Source: Candidatus Thorarchaeota archaeon (lineage in GTDB: Archaea > Asgardarchaeota > Thorarchaeia > Thorarchaeales > Thorarchaeaceae). Taken from it: a stretch of 12,527 nt of DNA. Below, one piece after another: positions 8,639 through 12,527 of the stretch. The notes under the pieces were generated by a model. That model had not been told where the DNA came from and made no database searches. It saw only the letters and a program-made list of their open reading frames with translations. Position 1 is the stretch's first letter, and each line of letters starts with the position of its first letter. The stretch spans positions 1-12,527 of the forward strand of contig JAWOEX010000033.1 in NCBI GenBank assembly GCA_046482545.1, in the 5' to 3' direction. The translations under genes and the position numbers were made by a program.

Positions 8639-9136
8639 ATGAAATCTAGAACATTATATTTGATTATTCTATTAGTTCTTTTCAGCTTTCCAGCATGGTT
8701 TATGCCTGTCCAAGCATCTACGGAGGAAACCATGAAAGATACATCACCAACAGAATATGAAGGAACTTGGAGTACCAAGAATAATTATGCAAGAGAAACG
8801 CTTGAGGGATCTGTTTACAGAATCAATATCGTATTTGAATTCTATATTGTTCCTCAAGATGCAGATGATTATTGGTTTCATATAGACTACAATTACATAT
8901 CTCCAGGATGGCCATGGGTTGAATCACTCGATGTGATGTACAGATGGGGTACAAGCGGCGGTTTCACCCATCTTGTATATTACGACGTGCTTGCAAGTGA
9001 GGGAAATTGGGATATTACATCACCTTCATCAACAACCTTACAGCTGAAATTCAGAGGATGTGCAGAAGTAGCAGACGGAATGCAAACAACATGGTACTTC
9101 GGTGATGAACCAATTCTCCATATGTATTGGGAATAG
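8639..9136 (+). CDS. Secreted hypothetical protein C (165 aa)
   Basis: Signal peptide MKSRTLYLIILLVLFSFPAWFMPVQA. W/Y-rich acidic mature region. ATG 8639 is preferred over the track start at 8615. Confidence 0.85.
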   Translation: MKSRTLYLIILLVLFSFPAWFMPVQASTEETMKDTSPTEYEGTWSTKNNYARETLEGSVYRINIVFEFYIVPQDADDYWFHIDYNYISPGWPWVESLDVMYRWGTSGGFTHLVYYDVLASEGNWDITSPSSTTLQLKFRGCAEVADGMQTTWYFGDEPILHMYWE

Positions 9137-9373
9137 AACATCATACATCTTTCTCATCAATGCTTTGAATATAGGAGGTTAATGGATTCCGTAAGGAAGT
9201 CGATGCGTTTGATGAAATTGTCGATTCACCAATAAGATGCCTTGATATTGGCAATTACATCAAGGATTCCTCATGATTCGAGATTGTGGGTAGATTTATC
9301 TTTCAGGTCAGAATACAAAAGCAATGTGGATTTCGATTGATTTGATGCCATCAACGATGGGGTAGGGAAAGCA

Positions 9374-10294
9374 ATGACCAATAACTATGTCATCTCAGTT
9401 ACAGAGATTACCAAAACATTTGGAGATATTGGGGCATTGGACAGTTTCTCATTGGATATAGAACCAGGTATCTTTGGGCTCATCGGTCCCAATGGTGCTG
9501 GCAAGACAACACTACTCCGCATACTACTTGGACTGGCTAAGCCAGACAGAGGTTCTGCAGAGATCTTGGGAAACGATATCTCAGATGATTCATTGAACTA
9601 CATACCATACATTGGAGTGTTACACGAGTATCCCTATTTTCCACCTTCAATGACTCCTAAACAATACTTGGAGGACATTGGTGCACTCTATTCCACGAGT
9701 GTACCCGCAGAGGACCTTCTCTCAATGGTAAAACTCCTAGATGCAGCAGACAGAAAGATTGGGCATCTCTCTGCAGGAATGTATAGACGACTCGGCATAG
9801 CCCAAGCTCTAGTAGGACGACCAAAGCTGGTGTTTCTGGATGAGCCGACCTCGAACCTTGATGTGAGTGGGCGTGATCTGGTGGTGAAGCTCATCGTCAA
9901 GATGCACCAGAAAGACAACGTCTCGTTCTTCATAACCTCTCACATTCTCTCTGAGTTGGAGAGAGCATGCCATAATGTAGCATTCATCGATAGAGGGAGC
10001 GTAGTAGAGAAGGGGACTATACCAGAACTGATTCAGAAACACACCCAAACAAGATTCCGTGTGATATCGTCAGATTCGTGGAGGCTTGAAGAGATTCTGA
10101 GTGACTCGGAAGGGATAGTTGATGTGTTTGTTGACAGTTCTACATCAATCATCTTGGAAGTCACAACTGAGCTGCTATCTGGGTTAGAATCACACCTTCA
10201 GCAATTGGTCAGAGATACGAAGGTCAACATCTATGATGTGGAAACCACAGGAACACTGGAAGATGTGTACAGGAGGGTCATCACACATGGTTGA
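9374..10294 (+). CDS. ABC transporter ATP-binding protein, homolog of 2691-3599
   Basis: GPNGAGKTT, LSAGM, LVFLDEPTSNLD, SHILSELER. Confidence 0.96.
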   Translation: MTNNYVISVTEITKTFGDIGALDSFSLDIEPGIFGLIGPNGAGKTTLLRILLGLAKPDRGSAEILGNDISDDSLNYIPYIGVLHEYPYFPPSMTPKQYLEDIGALYSTSVPAEDLLSMVKLLDAADRKIGHLSAGMYRRLGIAQALVGRPKLVFLDEPTSNLDVSGRDLVVKLIVKMHQKDNVSFFITSHILSELERACHNVAFIDRGSVVEKGTIPELIQKHTQTRFRVISSDSWRLEEILSDSEGIVDVFVDSSTSIILEVTTELLSGLESHLQQLVRDTKVNIYDVETTGTLEDVYRRVITHG

Positions 10295-11105
10295 TAAAAA
10301 GAACAGCGTGTACAACTCAATCAGGTTGGAACGGGATATGTCATATCCATTTCCAGCTATTGTGGGTATTCTTTCTATTTTTCTATTCGCGGCCGCATAT
10401 TCCATGCTGGGAGTAGGTGTCTCCAACAGGTATGTATATCTCTCACCAGGATGTAACAGCACAGCTATCTCAGAAGAGATGGTTTCGTCTGTTGATGCTA
10501 CAAATACTATCGCAACGGTGTATCCCATCATCAATTGCATCTACGTTGTAATGTTGGTAGCCCCTCTGCTGATAGCCTTCAATCTGGCACAAGGATACAA
10601 CAACGGGCAGATGCGAACACTGCTGTCATACCCTATTAAGAGAAGGACGGTCTTATTCCTGAAGAATGGGTCAGTCATCTTCCTTATGTTCTCATCAGGG
10701 ATAATAGGCACTTTCTTTTCATGGGTATTCTACTTTCCATTCTCAATTGACCTGTATTCAGTCATGATCTTGATAATGACCTATGGGATTACAGTCTTGG
10801 CAATTTGCTCTACGTGTACACTCCTAGCAGTGCTTTCTAGGAGTGCACGCATAACAGCATTTGTAGGAGTGGGGGCATGGATGATTGTCTATACTACGTT
10901 CGTGACAGCAGTAACACATTCACCGGCTGCATTCCTTTTGTTCCCCCTTCATCTTGGCATCACGCATATCTCTCATGGAGGTCCTCCGTACTACTATGAG
11001 GAAACTGAATTATTCAATGTCCTCTTAGGAAGTGGTATTACATTGGTACTCGTAATTGTTGTACTGATACTAAGTGTGATCATAATCGAAAGGCAGGAGA
11101 TTTGA
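10287..11105 (+). CDS. ABC-2 type transporter permease, homolog of 1894-2694
   Basis: About 6 TM segments, YNNGQMRTLLSYPIKRRTVLFLK, and C-terminus ERQEI versus RRCEI. ATG 10287 overlaps the ATPase end by 8 nt. Confidence 0.9.
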   Translation: MVDKKNSVYNSIRLERDMSYPFPAIVGILSIFLFAAAYSMLGVGVSNRYVYLSPGCNSTAISEEMVSSVDATNTIATVYPIINCIYVVMLVAPLLIAFNLAQGYNNGQMRTLLSYPIKRRTVLFLKNGSVIFLMFSSGIIGTFFSWVFYFPFSIDLYSVMILIMTYGITVLAICSTCTLLAVLSRSARITAFVGVGAWMIVYTTFVTAVTHSPAAFLLFPLHLGITHISHGGPPYYYEETELFNVLLGSGITLVLVIVVLILSVIIIERQEI

Positions 11106-11108
11106 ACC

Positions 11109-11600
11109 ATGAGTCGAGGACGTCTGCGGGGAAGTATTTTGGTCTTGGGCGTTGTCCTATTGGTAATCTCCTTTCTACCTTGTTCGTTAGTGTATAATCT
11201 GGGAAGTGTTGAAGAGGGGAGCTATGTTGGCTACCCATTCCAATGTGTGACTAATCCACACATAGCGATTGACGTGCGATTTGAGAACACCATTTCTTTC
11301 TACATAGTGTCTCTAGAAGATAGTTTTCGTTTCATTGATGGAGAGCCGCTTGAAAACTTGACCATGCTCTTCAGTATTGAGGATATCCGAAAGTATTCTG
11401 GCACTCCTGAACTTGGGGCACCCGGACAGTATGTCATATTCATCACGACCTCTAACTTGGAAGGCTTAACCTCATACACCCTGTCCGTTTCCGTGAATCT
11501 TCCTCATTTATGGATTTTCACAATAGGTTTGACCTTCCTTGCTCTTGGGGTACTCGTTCACATATCACCCCTGTTGAGAACGGTTCTGTGGAAAAAGTAA
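11109..11600 (+). CDS. Two-TM membrane protein, homolog of 1404-1883
   Basis: Begins 3 bp after the permease stop. Hydrophobic termini, with similar length and motifs to the operon A gene. Confidence 0.85.
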   Translation: MSRGRLRGSILVLGVVLLVISFLPCSLVYNLGSVEEGSYVGYPFQCVTNPHIAIDVRFENTISFYIVSLEDSFRFIDGEPLENLTMLFSIEDIRKYSGTPELGAPGQYVIFITTSNLEGLTSYTLSVSVNLPHLWIFTIGLTFLALGVLVHISPLLRTVLWKK

Positions 11601-12034
11601 CCTCGTATTACACCTCAAGACGTTGAAATATCCGATGTTATATAACAAGACCTTGAGCAGGAGCTCTGGCCATAGTTCCTTGTGGCCGGACAAGCTCAAT
11701 ATTCCTCCCAATCTCAACTGGGGTATACTGAACACAGTTTCCACCAGATTCCACCGCCCGTACTACTATACCTCTTTTCACTTAGCAGCTCTTTTTTGAT
11801 ACTCATGAACCAGCTGTCCGTATACAGGACTCCCCGTCACGGGTGTACACAGTGAATCAGAAGCCGAGGATTACATGCGGCAGACTGTCAGGCGTCTGAC
11901 TGAGCGTGGTGGCATGGAGGAATAGAAGCAACTGTATCAATCCCAAAGTGGCACACTGTTTCTATTTTGCCATGAGCAGAGTGGACGAGCTCTGGGAACA
12001 GCCTGAAATGCGGCCCACTGTTGCTGATGCAATG

Positions 12035-12172
12035 CTTGCCGCGGGTTCGAGTAAATCACCAGCTGAACTTGCGGATGATCTTGGCTTCGATATCTCATCC
12101 AAGAAGTTCTGGCAGAAGGGCATGAAGCAGTTCGAGGAATTCATCGGCATGCTTGAAGAAACAGTAGAATAG
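12035..12172 (+). pseudogene. pepF: 3' fragment of oligoendopeptidase F (repeat copy 3)
   Basis: LAAGSSKSPAELADDLGFDISSKKFWQKGMKQFEEFIGMLEETVE*. The last 72 nt are identical to copy 1. Confidence 0.8.
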
Positions 12173-12197
12173 CGAATCGGGTTTCGTATTCCCTGGA

Positions 12198-12527
12198 ATG
12201 AAAGACCTCGCGACACAAACACTTCATCTGCACAATGTTTCGTTGAAGATGCGGCCAAGTGTCGTAGAGAGCTCAGACTGGGATAGAGACGGTCCCCGGT
12301 TCAGCATCTGGTGGCCCGGGAACCAAGTTAGACCACCAGGCTCTGTCAGGCGACACCAAGTTATCCGGGGCAAGACCGTTACCATCGACCTTGACTGGGA
12401 GAATGCTCTTGCAGGGTACAACAAGGTCTATGCATCAATCAAGGTGAAGACCTCTAAGGAGCTATCACAGGACTTCTGGATCAACAGGACAATATCAAGC
12501 AGTGAGGACACACTCGTGGTGGATCTT
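12198..12527 (+). CDS. Gene X, second allele (partial, open to the window end)
   Basis: 110 open codons, MKDLATQTLHLHNVSLKMRPSVVESSDWDRDGPRF...SSEDTLVVDL, colinear with the gene starting at 7956. Confidence 0.8.
   Translation, partial: MKDLATQTLHLHNVSLKMRPSVVESSDWDRDGPRFSIWWPGNQVRPPGSVRRHQVIRGKTVTIDLDWENALAGYNKVYASIKVKTSKELSQDFWINRTISSSEDTLVVDL

Larger units (their letters stand above)
12035..12527 (+). repeat. Junction repeat copy 3 (runs off the window)
   Basis: Ungapped homology to 7793-8285 and 5330-5497. Confidence 0.95.

Noticed and set aside
77-10540. Other small track ORFs overlapping the long genes (e.g. 400-597, 2414-2638, 3316-3654, 6735-7028, 10190-10540)
   Set aside because: Antisense or alternate-frame overlaps of well-supported genes, with no independent evidence.
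5222-12172. CRISPR array, IS ends or DGR template/variable repeat as an explanation for the repeats
   Set aside because: The repeats are long protein-coding fragments separated by kilobases. There are no terminal inverted repeats, transposase or reverse transcriptase, and mismatches are largely at third codon positions rather than adenine-specific.

Overview
Archaeal-looking DNA (TATA-type promoters, T-run terminator, membrane-anchored family-5 solute-binding protein; an Asgard/Thorarchaeota-like origin is my inference only). The window is a tandem array of three cargo blocks separated by four imperfect direct repeats (1-37 partial, ~5222-5497, 7762-~8561, 12035-12527 partial). Each repeat copies the same gene junction: the 3' tail of an M3-family oligoendopeptidase (pepF-like), a 25-bp palindromic intergenic spacer, and the 5' part of an unknown 'gene X'. 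The repeats have ragged, different endpoints and are sequence-diverged and mosaic. Blocks A (38-5221) and C (~8562-12034) each carry a four-gene module in opposite orientations: a secreted protein, an ABC ATPase, an ABC-2 permease and a two-TM membrane protein. The transporter genes are homologous but the secreted proteins are not. Block B (5498-7761) carries one orphan, apparently circularly permuted, peptide-binding protein. No integrase or transposase is visible. The best candidate new system is a cassette-accretion hotspot in which each cassette carries host-gene homology arms.
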